From: Vitrella brassicaformis CCMP3155 | Lineage: Eukaryota > Protista > Chromerida | Direction: 5' to 3' | DNA: 64,000 nt | Assembly: GCA_001179505.1 (NCBI GenBank) | Contig: CDMY01000321.1 | Span: 1 to 64,000 of the forward strand | In this document: positions 10,954 through 22,785 of the stretch, one piece after another | Numbering within the stretch: the stretch's first letter is position 1 | Layout of the letters: every line of letters starts with the position of its first letter | Position numbers and translations under genes: made by a program | The notes under the pieces: model-generated | The model's database searches: none | Told to the model about the DNA's origin: nothing | The model's input: the letters and a program-made list of their open reading frames with translations, nothing else

Positions 10954-13881
10954 ATGTCCGATCCGCGCAGCGCCGGGACTGCCAGCTTTGGCGGCAGCGC
11001 TGGCGGCAGTGCCAGTCGAGATGACACAGTCAAGCGCCTCGTGCGTGCGTTGGAGGCGGAGAAAGCACGTGCTGCTGCGCTTGAGGCCACCAAGGGCATG
11101 ACTGTGCGGAGGCTCGAGAAAGAGAAGCACGACATGGAGAAGAAGCTCGAGAAGGAGCGGGCCACCAAGGCCATCCGTCGCGCTCGGGAGGCTGAGACCG
11201 AGCGCGAGACCGCTCGCAAGCGTGTGGGGGTAGGAACGCGACAGGCAACGGCCGGTCAGGCACTCGCCTACTTATCCCGCCCTGCCTGCTTGTCCCCTCG
11301 TGCAATTCAGAGCCTCGTGAAGCTTCAAGTGGAGGTTTGCACGTCGGTTGACGTTGTTATCATGATGGACCTGACGGGCTCCATGTCGGGCTGAATCCAG
11401 GCGGCCAAGGACTACGCCAGGGACATCATCAGCGAACTCAAGGCAAGCAAGCAAGAGAGAGGCCGTCACACGCACGAACGGCCTTGAGGCAACGAAACGC
11501 ATTATCTGCTTCTCCGCACGCAGAGGGAGTATCCGGAGATGGCGTTTCGGCTGGGCTTCGTTGGTTATCGCGACCACGGCGATGGGCCGCAGCGACTCGT
11601 CATCGGCAGCCTGACCTCCGACATCTCCTCCATCGAGGGCCTCATCGCCCGCCAGTCCGCTACCGGTGGTGCCGACGGCCCCGAGGATGTCGCTGGGGCG
11701 CTGAAGGCAGCAGGTGACATGCCCTGGAAGGCCGCGACGCGTCTGGTGATCCACATTGGTGATGCTCCTCCTCACGGCACGCAGTACTACTACAAGGGAA
11801 TGGGCGACGAGTAAGTCTGGTCGATCGATTCCACACCGATGGATGTGTGTCCGTGATATGTGTCCGGCTGCAGCTACCCTCGCGGTGACCCAAACGGCAT
11901 GGTGAGGGATGGAAACAAAGGGGGCTCATGAAACGTTTCTGTTGCTGCGCTGCGTGCAGAGGATTGAGGATTTGATGCGTGGCTTCTCGAGGGAGTTGTG
12001 CATCGACTATCGGTTCGTCAAGATCAACAACAGCACTGACCGCATGATCGAGGTGATGCGTGGCGCCTACAACGACCCCGCCACTCTGCGGGAGCTCAAG
12101 GTCATCCCATTGGGCAGCGACACCAGCGCCCTCAAAGCCTGCGTCGTCGGTCCGGTAAGCGAGAAACGATGTGTCGCCGACCGACGCGCGAAGATGCTCT
12201 GTGACGTGATTGAACTCCAGGTCAAGGAGTCCGTGGCGGCCACCTCCAAGCGGCTCACGCTCCGCACTGGCGCTCGCCCCGGCCGCGGGTCGGTATTCGC
12301 TGGACCTACCGAAGGCAAGCCACGATACTGCGTCCACGTATGAGTGTCGATATGGTGCGTATCGATCAGGTTGGCTGGAGTCGATTGCTGAGGAGAGCAG
12401 CAACGGTGCGGCGCCGAGGCGCGCTCAACGGACACGTATGCTGACAGCTGCATCGATTGACACGTGTGTAATGGATGGACGGATGGATGGATGTGTGGGT
12501 CAGGTGGAGAAGGCTACTCGATACATGTAGCTGCCACGCAGAGGTCGACCACTCGACAGACTGGAAGAACCCGCCCGTCATCATCGACAAGCAGGAGACC
12601 ACCGTCATCGTCCACGACAAGCCGTTCGCCAAGGGCGCCTTCCGATACGCCTTCTACATGGCTGAGGTGAAGGTGGACGGCCGCACTGGAGCCACTTTCG
12701 AGTTGAAAAAGGTGAGCAATCGACGCACATAGACGGGCGAATAGCGACGCGTGTGGCGTCACGGGTATGTGCCTGTAGGTGGCCAAGATTCCGATCGAGT
12801 TTGAGAGTGTGGAGGAGAGCAAGAAGCTTGCGCTGGCCGACATGGAGGCACAGGCCATTAGCAAGGGACTCGCCAAGATCTTCAACGCGACGCTGTACCC
12901 GAAGCGCATCCGTCGACTGGTCGACTTTCTCGACGTTGGTGGGCACTGACGCAACACAGGCACACAGACACATATCTAGGGTGCGTATCCGTCTGTGTGT
13001 GCAGACGTTTACCAGCTGCCTGGCCGGTCTGGTGAGGAGCAGTGGATGACAGTCGAGCCGCACATCGAGGGCACCTACGTTAAGTACAACAACAACATCG
13101 GCTGGGTCTCCAACGAGATCGGCGCCGACCTCGCACAAGCCTTCAGCCATTGGACGTTCGACTTCACCGGATGCTACCTCATGGTAAGAAAGGACAGCGA
13201 CCCGGGCCATTCCTCATGCAATGGTCGCTGTGTGGTGTAGGTGGTGGACTTGCAGGGCGTTCGCAAGATCTACACCGACCCCCAGATACACTGCAAGGTC
13301 AGCAATCAAGAGACAGACAGACAGACAGACAGTCATCCAGCACCCTCTGTGCACATCCCTTGCGTTGCAGGAGACCCGTCGCTTCGGTGTGGGCAACATG
13401 GGGGAGAGGGGCATGTCTGCCTTCTTCGCCTCCCACGAATGCAACGAGGTCTGCAAGCGGCTGGGTTTGCGCCACCCTGCCGATCCATCCCTCCATGGCC
13501 GGATTTCCCTGGCCCTCAAGAGCCACATTCCTGCGGTCATCGACGTGTCGGATGACCTGGCCCTGCGTGGCCGACACGTGAGGGACGCCCATCTGGAGAT
13601 CTCTTGCGAGTTGTGTGGCGCCGTCTTCGAGGTCAGCCAGCTGCTCTGCTCTGTCCCATCAATCGCATGTGTGTCACGAATCGCCGGCTTTTGGTGCATC
13701 TCATTGCCCGCAGGTGAACGGGCACCGCTACCTGAAGCTGCACAAGAAGAAGCGCGACATCTGCTGTCTCGACTGCGAGGCTCGCCCTGGCGAGACACTC
13801 GATGCGGAGTGCGACCGGTGCGGCAGGACCTTCGCCTTCGCGCCGTAAGCACGCTATCCCTGCACACAGACACAGACAACA

Positions 13882-13917
<36 letters not shown>

Positions 13918-14096
13918 CATAAAGGGCAGGTGTATCTGTTTGTGCAATCAGGTACTGGTATTTGATGCGTGGGGTGAAGGAGCCGACCACGTGCAGGGAG
14001 TGCAAGTGCAGGGAGTCGCATCACCCGCGAGAAGTCTACCAGGTGCACGACGTGGGTGTGTGCGACGCAATCCGCCTCGGGTGGGTACTTTGCTGA
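10954..14096 (+). CDS. Coiled-coil + vWA + alpha-kinase (eEF2K/VwkA-like) + Zn-ribbon protein; carries an in-frame TGA (possible pseudogene or sequence error)
   Basis: vWA: DVVIMMDLTGSMSG*IQAAK, LGFVGYRDH, GGADGPEDVAGAL, VIHIGDAPPHG. Kinase: PFAKGAFRYAF, VAK, EPHIEGTYVKYNNN, AQAFSHWTF, VVDLQG, YTDPQIH, FGVGNMG..GM.AFF.SHECNEVC. C-terminus: CDRCGRTFAFAPYWYLMRGVKEPTTCREC. Confidence 0.88.
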
Positions 14097-14608
14097 TGTT
14101 GGTGAGAGGCGGGGGGAGAGGGCGATCGGCAGACACACGAAGCTCTCTCTCGCGTGCGTGACTGCGTGACTGTGAATGTGCACAACGGTGCATGTTTGCG
14201 CTGACCTCTTTACATACAACAGAACCAGTGTATGTATGTGACGAAATAGCTTTTCACAGCTGTCAATTGTCGGCTGGCCCAACTTTTTCACTTGGGGCCG
14301 TTGGGGGCGACTGGAGGTCTGATGCGACTCGGTTGGGTACGTGTGCGAACTCTGTTCTGATCCGCGTAATAGCGATTTTGATTGCAGGGGTCTGGTGTGA
14401 GGCGGTGTTGCATGTCTGGGGTGTTTTATGCCGCTGTGCGAAGTCCATCGGTTGGTCAGCTGACGTGAGAAAAGGGGATTGAGGGCGGATGTGCGTGTAG
14501 CGATGTCTCAGTTAAGACACCCAGATGAGAATTACACAAGGACGTTGTGGATGCGTGCCAAACAGTCCATTCATCATACTGGTTCGCAGAAACCAAAAAG
14601 ATGGTCTC

Positions 14609-14662
14609 TCGCACTGATGCCTCCCAAGCCACCCCCACCAGCTAGCTCCATTTATCGCTGTC
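14609..14662 (+). repeat. Imperfect direct repeat, copy B (downstream of alpha-kinase; 3' flank of TRMT2A-like gene)
   Basis: tcgcactgatgc-ctc-ccaagccacccccaccagct-agct-ccatttatcgctgtc matches copy A. Confidence 0.8.
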
Positions 14663-14690
14663 CCTCCAATGAATGCATCACACACGTCGG

Positions 14691-17600
14691 TCAGTTCTCA
14701 TGTGTTGTCCCGGTCTTTGTTGTCATGTCTGCGAGTCTCTCGAAGGCCACGACGGCCTCGACGTGCATAGTGTGGGGAAACATATCCACTGCACACGCCC
14801 TGGACACAGACGGCCACACACACACACACACACCAATGATCAATCACCGCACTTCATTCACAGTGCTCGCGTCCCGGCTTACTTGGTTGGCACCCACAGG
14901 CTGCCCTCTTCGCCCTTGCCCGCGCTGGTTGAAGGGGAACACAACTCGATGACATTGGAGTTGAGCGACTCGGGATTGCAGGACACGTATACGAGCCGCC
15001 TGACCCTCTGGCACCCCTTGAGGGCGTTGAGCACCGTCGAGTGCAGCCCGGCCCTCGGCGGGTCGACCACCGCACACACGTCCATTCCCTCGACAGCGTC
15101 GCCGCCCATCTGCTCGATGACCTGGCCGATGACGTCCTCGGCCTTGCCAGCCACGAACCGCGCGTTGCTGATGCCGTTGGCCTGTGCGTTCTGGATGGCG
15201 TTCTGGACGGCCTCCTCGTTGCTCTCGATGCCCACCACCCGCACAGACGGGTGCTGCTTGGCCGCACACAGGCCGATGGTCCCGGTGCCGCAGCACACGT
15301 CAAGCAGGATGGTGGGCTTGTCGTCCGACAGACACAGCCAGTCGATCGCACGCTGAACGAGACAACAGACACAACAGGGGCGTCCGTCGTCATCTGTGTT
15401 GACAGGTCTGTGTACCGACCTGGTAGAGCAGTTCGCATGAGACGGTGTTGGTCTGGAAGAAGGCCAGAGGCGCCACACGGAATCGCAGGCCGAGGAGCCC
15501 CATGAGAATGTGGTCCTTGCCGTAGAGGCGCTCCATCTGGTCGGTCGGGCTGTCGGTGGCGTCGCTCACGGCCGAGCGGTACTGCAGGAAGAGCGACGTG
15601 ACGGGAATGTCGTCGTAGAGGAGGGGGCGTCTCGAGGGGTCCTGGCCGACCAAAGAGGCAACCAGCTGCGACTTGAGCGACGACAGGGCCGCTTCGTCAG
15701 CCGGGCGCAGCACCTGCAATCAATGAGGACGCCGCACATGGGCCGACGTGACATGTGTCTGTCGTGGGATGGTCCCACTGACCTGCACGACGACGAGCAT
15801 CTCCTGTGTCGCCTTGGACATGCGCACCATCAGCAGCCGCCACACCCCTGACCGGCCAACAATCATAGAGGCGTGAAATGGACTCCAAGCACTTCAAGCC
15901 AGTCGTCGTCTGCCGCTCTCACCAGTCCCTTGAGTGCGCTCGCAGATGGGGAATGGGTTGTCGAGCAGCTTCTGCACCCACGCAACGCACGAACAGGCAG
16001 CAATACGGCCTGATTGAGTGAAGTCCTGCTTCCACCCCTGTATATGTGTGTGTGTGTGTGTGTGTGGTTGCCCTGAATGCATGGCACAGCTCATTCATGG
16101 CAGTGGGGACGTGGATCGTGTCACCTGCCGACTCCACAATCGGTTGCTGCAGCCGGCCAGCCAGCCAGCCACCCACCCACCCACCCAACAGACAGGAGCG
16201 TCATACAGTAAGGTCTGTCTGTGCGCTGGGAGGTGTCCGTCCCTTACGTTGCCTCTGGAGGTGAGAACAAAGCCCACTTCGCTGTCGCCCTCGGGTGTCC
16301 GGCTGATGGTGAACTCACACTTGTTGCGGTACCCTGCACACACACACACACACACACACGCGCAGAGAGAGAGAATATGCAGACGACGACGCATCATGCC
16401 TCCATCTATTCCCTCGCACCTCGGCGGCCCTCAGGCGGGCACCCAATCGGTTCGGCAAGCTGACCACAGACACGAAACAGGGACATTAACACATGTGTGT
16501 ATCTCTCTTGTATTCCTCCTCTCTGACTCACAGGGCATCCGATCCACGCGGGGGCGTTGTCGGGCACGCACCACTGGGGAGCCGCCACGCCCACATTCTC
16601 ACAGTGGCGAAACGTGCCGCGGGTGAACTGACGCACACACGTCTGCACACACACACGCACAGACAGACAGACAGACAGACAGACAGGCACCGCACACACG
16701 ACAGCTGTGGATAGCCTGCTGGTCTGTCTGCGGTGTGCTGTGCTTGCTGCTCACGGACGGACCTTGACGTACTGGGCTTTCATAGTGACCTGGTCGGGGT
16801 AGGACCACTTGAACAGCGGGCTCACCTTCTCGTTCAGCGTCGCGCCGTTCCTCTCATTGCGGGCCCTGAGAGAACAACGCCACGCAATCGGCAATTGGCA
16901 CACACCAACCATCCCACAACGACACTTCGCCTGCCTCCTGCCATCTCTCTCATGTGTCTGCCCTGCCCACTTCTTGAGCAGGTCGATGAGGAGGGGGAGA
17001 GTGATCTGTACGCAGCACAGAAAGGAAAGAGCCGCTTCGCATGATCTGTGCTGGCGCGGAGGTGGTGCTTCTATCTGTTTCTTGCCTGAAAGCGCGATCG
17101 AAGGTTCTTGGCCGGTCGCTCGACGTCCTCAGCGTCCTCAGCAGCCGACGGCCGCTCGCCCTCGTCATCATCTACACAAACGATCGGCACACCGGCACAT
17201 CATTTGTTCATGCCCCCCACCACACACATCATCCATCGATCGGCTGACCCCTTCTTCTCTTATCGCCCCTCTCCTGCTCTTGTCGTCTGATGCGGCTGGC
17301 GGTGACCCCCTGGCTGCGAGATGTGGCCGCGGCGACGTGCACAGTGCTGCTCTTGCACGTCTGGCCGTCGACGTCCCGCTTGAACTGATCCAGGTCGGCC
17401 TGAGTGTGGAACTCACTGAACACAAGAGATTCAAGGGATGATGGTAAATAAAGCATGTTTGTCTGTTTGTTGCTGGTGTTGGTGCCTACACGAAAGCATA
17501 GCCCTTGCTGGGCCTCTTGCTCATCTGAGCCCACTCCACACTCGTCAGCTTCTGATGGCAAAACGACACACATACACACGAACGAACACACACATGCAAA

Positions 17601-17832
17601 CGGATTGAGTCATGAGTGGATTTCCAAAAGTGCGCGTGTGTACCCTGAGCCATGCTTCCAGCCTCCTCTGGTTGAGGGACCGAAGATCAGTGCCGGCTGA
17701 CAGGTGGATGCGGAGAGCCTGACCTTCTGCCTCCGAGGGCTGATCAGCGTCGTCGATGGCGTCCGCATCGCACTCATCGGCCGTCTCCCCTATCTCCTCA
17801 CTCTCCATTTCTACATCCCCTTCGTCAGCCAT
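14691..17832 (-). CDS. TRMT2A: tRNA (uracil-5-)-methyltransferase, TRMT2A/TrmA family, with N-terminal RRM
   Basis: RRM KGYAFVEF, VSPLFKWSYPDQ, YRNKCEFTI, VAPLAFFQTNT, LLDVCCGTGTIGL, VVDPPRAGL, LVYVSCNPES, AVDMFPHTMHVEAV; multi-exon. Confidence 0.93.
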
Positions 17833-17878
17833 TCCTCCCACCGGTTCCCCAGAGAGCGGTTTCACGGAACGTCCCCCC

Positions 17879-17893
17879 TGCGAGCTTAGCTCG
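17879..17893. promoter_or_regulatory. TGCGAGCT within the palindrome CGAGCT-T-AGCTCG, TRMT2A/orphan spacer
   Basis: Exact octamer at 17879-17886 in an 84-nt spacer. Confidence 0.6.
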
Positions 17894-17916
17894 GATCCGG
17901 AGCAGAACAATAAGCG

Positions 17917-18640
17917 ATGCTTGCGCGTAGGACAGACTACGATGAGACGCAGATAGTTGAGCAATGGCGACGACGAATCAGACAGGTGAATGTCAGCTAA
18001 CTGCAAAGGGGCCCGCGCCGGCACTGGAATGTCCTGTGAGTGTGTGCATGCAGGAGGAGGCGAATGCCCTGGCCCTGCTACAGCAGCCGGCGCAGAGAAG
18101 GCCCGTGACCGCCCGCTATGCTTCGCGACCAGTAGGACGCACAGACATCAGGTAAGTGAGAAGGGGGAAGAGATGCCACGATTCCCCCTTTACCTGCACC
18201 TCTCCCCCTGTGTGTGTGTGTGTGCACAGGGATGTCCTCTGTCACTCTGCATATGTCAAGCCCCAGATGCCAGCATTTGTTGAGCATCAGCATCAGTTCG
18301 ACGAAGAGGATGAAGAGGCAGCAGGGGCCAGCCGCACGCTGATGTCGGGTGAGGGCTCCAACGTCTCTGGAGCATTCGGCAACTCCTCCTGTGAGGGGCG
18401 GTTCAGTCGCGCATTGGTCAGGGCGGGCAAGGAAATCGAGAGAGAGCGGTTCAAGCGGAAGATGCTGGAGAGGGAAGTGGCAGAGGTGAGATGACAACGA
18501 ATGAAGTTTGATATAGGAGACGTCCCTCTGTGTGTGTCGGGGTATGGTGGATGGATGCGTTACAGTTGAGGGCGTTGGTGGAGCGGACATTGAAGGGCGG
18601 CTCCTACAGCCAGAAGAGGAGGCCCAAGACCGCTAAATAA
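17917..18640 (+). CDS. Hypothetical ~170-aa protein (4 exons)
   Basis: MLARRTDYDETQIVEQWRRRIRQ|EEANAL...TDIR|DVLCHS...EREVAE|LRALVE...KTAK*. All three GT-AG junctions keep frame. Confidence 0.65.
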
Positions 18641-19031
18641 GACATGACTGACTGAGGCAATGAGTCATGGACGATTTGGAGGCGTCTAGGTAGCCACAAA
18701 TACATACATAGAGGCATGGCTGTGCGGAGCCTGGACGTCTGTGCTGTGTGTGCGTGTGTCGAGTTTCTCCGTCCTTCGAAATGTGAGGGGCTTTCATACC
18801 CGCAGACAGACGCATTCGTGCACAGCGTCGGATCTCTCAACACACCTCATGGATACAGCCAGCCAGCAGTGAGTCCAGCGGGGGCACGTCACGCGTCTCT
18901 CCATGGCCGTGCATCGAACGACAAATATGCACACACCACACCACACCACCCTACGTATAGACCCAGCTGACCATCGCATAGATAGCGCTTCAGCTCTCAT
19001 CCTTGACCTGCCGGCCAGTCAATCAAATCAG

Positions 19032-22000
19032 TCACCCCGAGTCGCTCTTGTCATCCCCATTGTTGCCGTCCATCATTATGTTCGGAAAAAAGAAACCTCC
19101 CGCCTTTGGTGTCTCCATCGTCTTCCGAATGGCCTTCCTGCACAGGTCCACCACACACTGCTGGGTCTGCTTCAGCGTGAAAGGCTTGGGACACACCTGA
19201 GGACACACACAAACGTATTTCTTCATTCTCGTGAACTCGAGCCGGCAGGACCAGCCATCTATACGCCCCACCGTATCGAAGAGTGCTAAGTCGGCCGGCT
19301 TGATGGCCGACGTGTCCTGGGCTGACGATTGGACCACAAATAGAATGACCGGCGGAGTTGCCGGCCGATCGCTGTCAGCCAATCCCTGACCTGAGTGCAT
19401 AGAAAGGGCGTTGGATGCTCGTCTAGAAGATGTCTCTACATCTGTCTGTTGCCTTACTGAGCAGTGTAGTCACTGTCTCTGCTGTGAATGGCGCCAGCTC
19501 TGAGGGAACGCCATTCTCGATCATCCGCAGCGCCCTGGTGGCCTCGATACCGTCAAGATTGGGCATTTCGAGGTCCATCACCTACACACACATATGTGAC
19601 GTTTGCACAAAGTCTTTGCATGTCTCTGTGTTGTGCGTGCAGCAACTTACCACTAGAACAGGGATGGGAGGTGAGTCGAGGGAATCGTCATCATCACCAG
19701 AGGTCGCTTGTGCCTTTCTCGTTTTGGCGTATTCGTCGATGAGCGAGAAGACACACTGGATGGCCTCCACACCGTCACTCGCTGTCAGAATCCGCTTCTC
19801 ATCCTTCACCTGCACACACACGCACATGTGCGCACACATGCCTCTTCCGAATCGTCCGTCCTTTTCTGGCAGACCTGACTGACCAGTCTCTGTGCATTCT
19901 TCTGCAATACGAATCGATTCATGCCCTCGTCATCACAAGCCAGTATTCTCAATCTCGAAGCGAAATCGTCGGCCAGCGCAGCCCTCAGGGCCGAGTTCAT
20001 CGACATGGGCCCCTCGTCGTCTTCACTCCCCTCTCGCAGACACTCTCGCAAAACCCTTCCTAGGTCGCTTCCGCCCTTCTCCTTTTCCCTGTCTTTTTCT
20101 CTCTTCGTGTCGTCTTTTCTCGGAGCTTCATACTCGTCTGCAACCTTGTCCTCGACTGGAGAGGCTGCTGCCGGCGAAGGCTGCTCTTCGCGTGGATTTC
20201 TTTGCCCGATCTGGGGGGTAGGGGGTTCTGAGACTGGGGTTTGTTGCATCGGGAGGTTGGTGCTGTCGGAGGTGAAGCGGGCGCGGCAGGGGAAGGTGAG
20301 GATGAAGGTGGTGCCTTTGCCTATCCCCTCCGACTCTGCTCTTGCATCGCCGCCCATATCAAGCATGACGCCTCGCGTGACAAAGAGCCCGACACCTGCG
20401 AAGAGACACAGCACCCAGGGGGAGAGGAAGTACGGGTGTCAGAAGATTGAATGACATGAGTCTCCCACTGTTGTGTGTGTCAGATACCAGCGCCGAGGAG
20501 ACTGTCCGCGGCAGTGGCGTGGCTAAACTCATCAAAAACCGTGCTCACTCTCTCGGACGGTATGCCTTCAAAAGCCAGCACACGATGGCACCGCATCCTG
20601 TTTTCTTCCTTTCCTGGTTGCTGCACTCACCTCTCCCCGTGTCCTTGACTCTCCACCTGCCAGTAGTCATCCGGTGATTCCTCCCGAGAGGGAGCAGACA
20701 GCGATGGCGCCTCCTCATCCGTCCTATATTTCACTGCCCTCCCTCCCGCATCCGTCGACTTCTCTTTGATCGGTTCCTCTTCAATTACCTTGAGCTTGAC
20801 CGCACTGGACGATATGGGAATGGAGACATGCGGCGCCGAGTGGTCACTGAGGTCCACCTTATCCGACGCAACAGACTCTCCGGAAGGAAGTCTCTTGATG
20901 GTCGACCCGGTCAGCTTCTTGACGTTGTCCCTGAGCTGGATGCCGCTGTAGATGGACTCCGTGATGGGGGCGGACAGAAGAGACCATTGCCTCCGCTCGA
21001 GCCTCCGCTGGGGCGGGGGGCCTTGCAGTTGTGTGGCGGCAAAGTACACCGTGATCGATCCACCATCGCTTGTGAATTTGACAGCGTTGTGCAGCACGTT
21101 GTAGAGGGCGAATCCCAACCGAGGGCCGTCGACGTATGCCAACGTTGGCAGCGATTCTCTGCCCTCCACCTACCGAGACATGAGGAAGATGCAGGCGCAC
21201 AGGTGAGGTGAGGCGCGAGGGTTGCTTGCACGTCGCTACCTTGATGTCTAGGTGTTTCCTTCGTATTGCTGGCATTGATGACTTGACGACATTGTCCATA
21301 ACATCCCGAAGTGGCGTGCGCTGGAGGTGCAGCTCATGGCCCTCTCGGTGGCTGCTAATCTGCATATCAACCAACACATGGATTGTGTCAGGTCTCCCTC
21401 GTGCCTCACTGACCTGTAGGAGGTTATTTGCAAGGGCCAAGGTTGTTTGTGCCGATGTGAGTAGGACATCCAGGTACTCTTCTATCTCCTTCCTCTCCCT
21501 CTGGAAGCGCTCCTTGTCCTTGGAAAACAGGCTCACGAAGTCGTCGCGCACAAGCGAAGCGCAATTAATCACGCTGTTCATTGGCGTCCGGATGTCATGC
21601 GCAATGCGGCGGAAGACGGCTGTCTGCCGCTTAATCAGTTTCTTCACTTCTTCGGATTCATTCTTTATCGCCTCGTTGGTCTCGAGCACACACGCCCTCT
21701 CACTTTCCAAGTCGGCCACGTACTTGTCCAATTCTCCTCCTCTGTGGAAGGCCGCTCGCCTCTGGTACGCCGCATCCATGGTCGAGGCGAGGAGACACAC
21801 AGCGATGATGATCCAGCAGGCGACTTGGACCAGGTCCCGAAGCACCGTGACCTCGCCCATCGATACGTCTATGATGGCTCGGCCGACGATGGACACGACG
21901 GAGAAGGATAGAGCGCAGAAGGTGGCCTCCCGGATCGCCAGCCAGGATGCAAACAAATGTGTGAAGAAGAGCGTGTGGTTCTACACAGCATCGGAAGCCA

Positions 22001-22651
22001 TACATTTCTCCCTTTGCGGCTTCTGAAGCAAATGCTTACGAACGAGATGAAGAAGTCGGGCTCCTTGGCATCGGAAGCCTACAAATGTAATAAGATATCA
22101 AACACATTTGTATGGTTGGTTCCGCTCACAAGGGGAGCGGGAAAATTGTTTTGCACTGAAGGGGCGAGGAACAGCGATAGGGTTGTCATGCAGAAAGCCG
22201 CGTACTGAACGAGCCACTTGCGCCGATTCCAAAAGAGCAGGAAGGACATGACGAGCGCGAAATGAATAGCTCCAGCAACAGCGACCATTGCTTCCCCCGA
22301 CGCGCCGCTCCCTGCAACCTGACACACAACAAGCATCGTCCAAACGCATATATGTACCATTTTTGGATCCAAATACATAAAGGATAACTGCCAGGCATCC
22401 GAAGGGAACATACAGACTCAAGATGGTCTGGGCCACCCGCTTCCCTCGGGCCTCGCAATACAACCGCTCCTTCTCACTGGACAGACAGGCAGACAGACAT
22501 CAAACTACTCGTGCACGTAGGAATCTTACTGATCCTGGAAATGCGGCAGCAAGGCCTTGAAGTTGCTGCAGGGTCCCCGGGCCTCGATGAAGGTCCAGTG
22601 CCAACCAAAAAGACTGGAGATGCTGGGGCGCTTGGCATTGGCCGACGTCAT
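19032..22651 (-). CDS. Membrane hybrid sensor histidine kinase (about 6 TM + HisKA + HATPase + receiver)
   Basis: H-box RRIAHDIRTPMNSV, N-box LYNVLHNAVKFT, G1 VKDTGRG|IP (out of frame by 1 nt, see findings), G2 GAG|VGL, EGIGKGTTF, and receiver ILACDD...VMDLEMPNLDGIEAT...PKPF. Confidence 0.9.
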
Positions 22652-22714
22652 TTGTGTACTGCTGCAGCAGCAGTTTCAGAGAGCACCCAGGCGGCTGACG
22701 CAGCCCTGCAAAAT

Positions 22715-22722
22715 AGCTCGCA
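22715..22722. promoter_or_regulatory. AGCTCGCA centred between the histidine-kinase and receptor ATGs
   Basis: 64 nt from each predicted start codon; followed by the GC-box-like run ccccgccccgccccc. Confidence 0.6.
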
Positions 22723-22785
22723 GCCCCCGCCCCGCCCCCACCACCTTCCAGACACACATGCATGTCCTGGGAGACCGAATCCAGC

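Noticed and set aside
11392-11394. TGA read as selenocysteine
   Set aside because: The aligned residue in this family is Trp, not Cys, and I saw no SECIS-like element in the 3' region.
22330-22400. Apparent frameshift in the histidine-kinase N-terminal TM region
   Set aside because: It is resolved by the donor CTTTAT|gtattt (58-nt intron).
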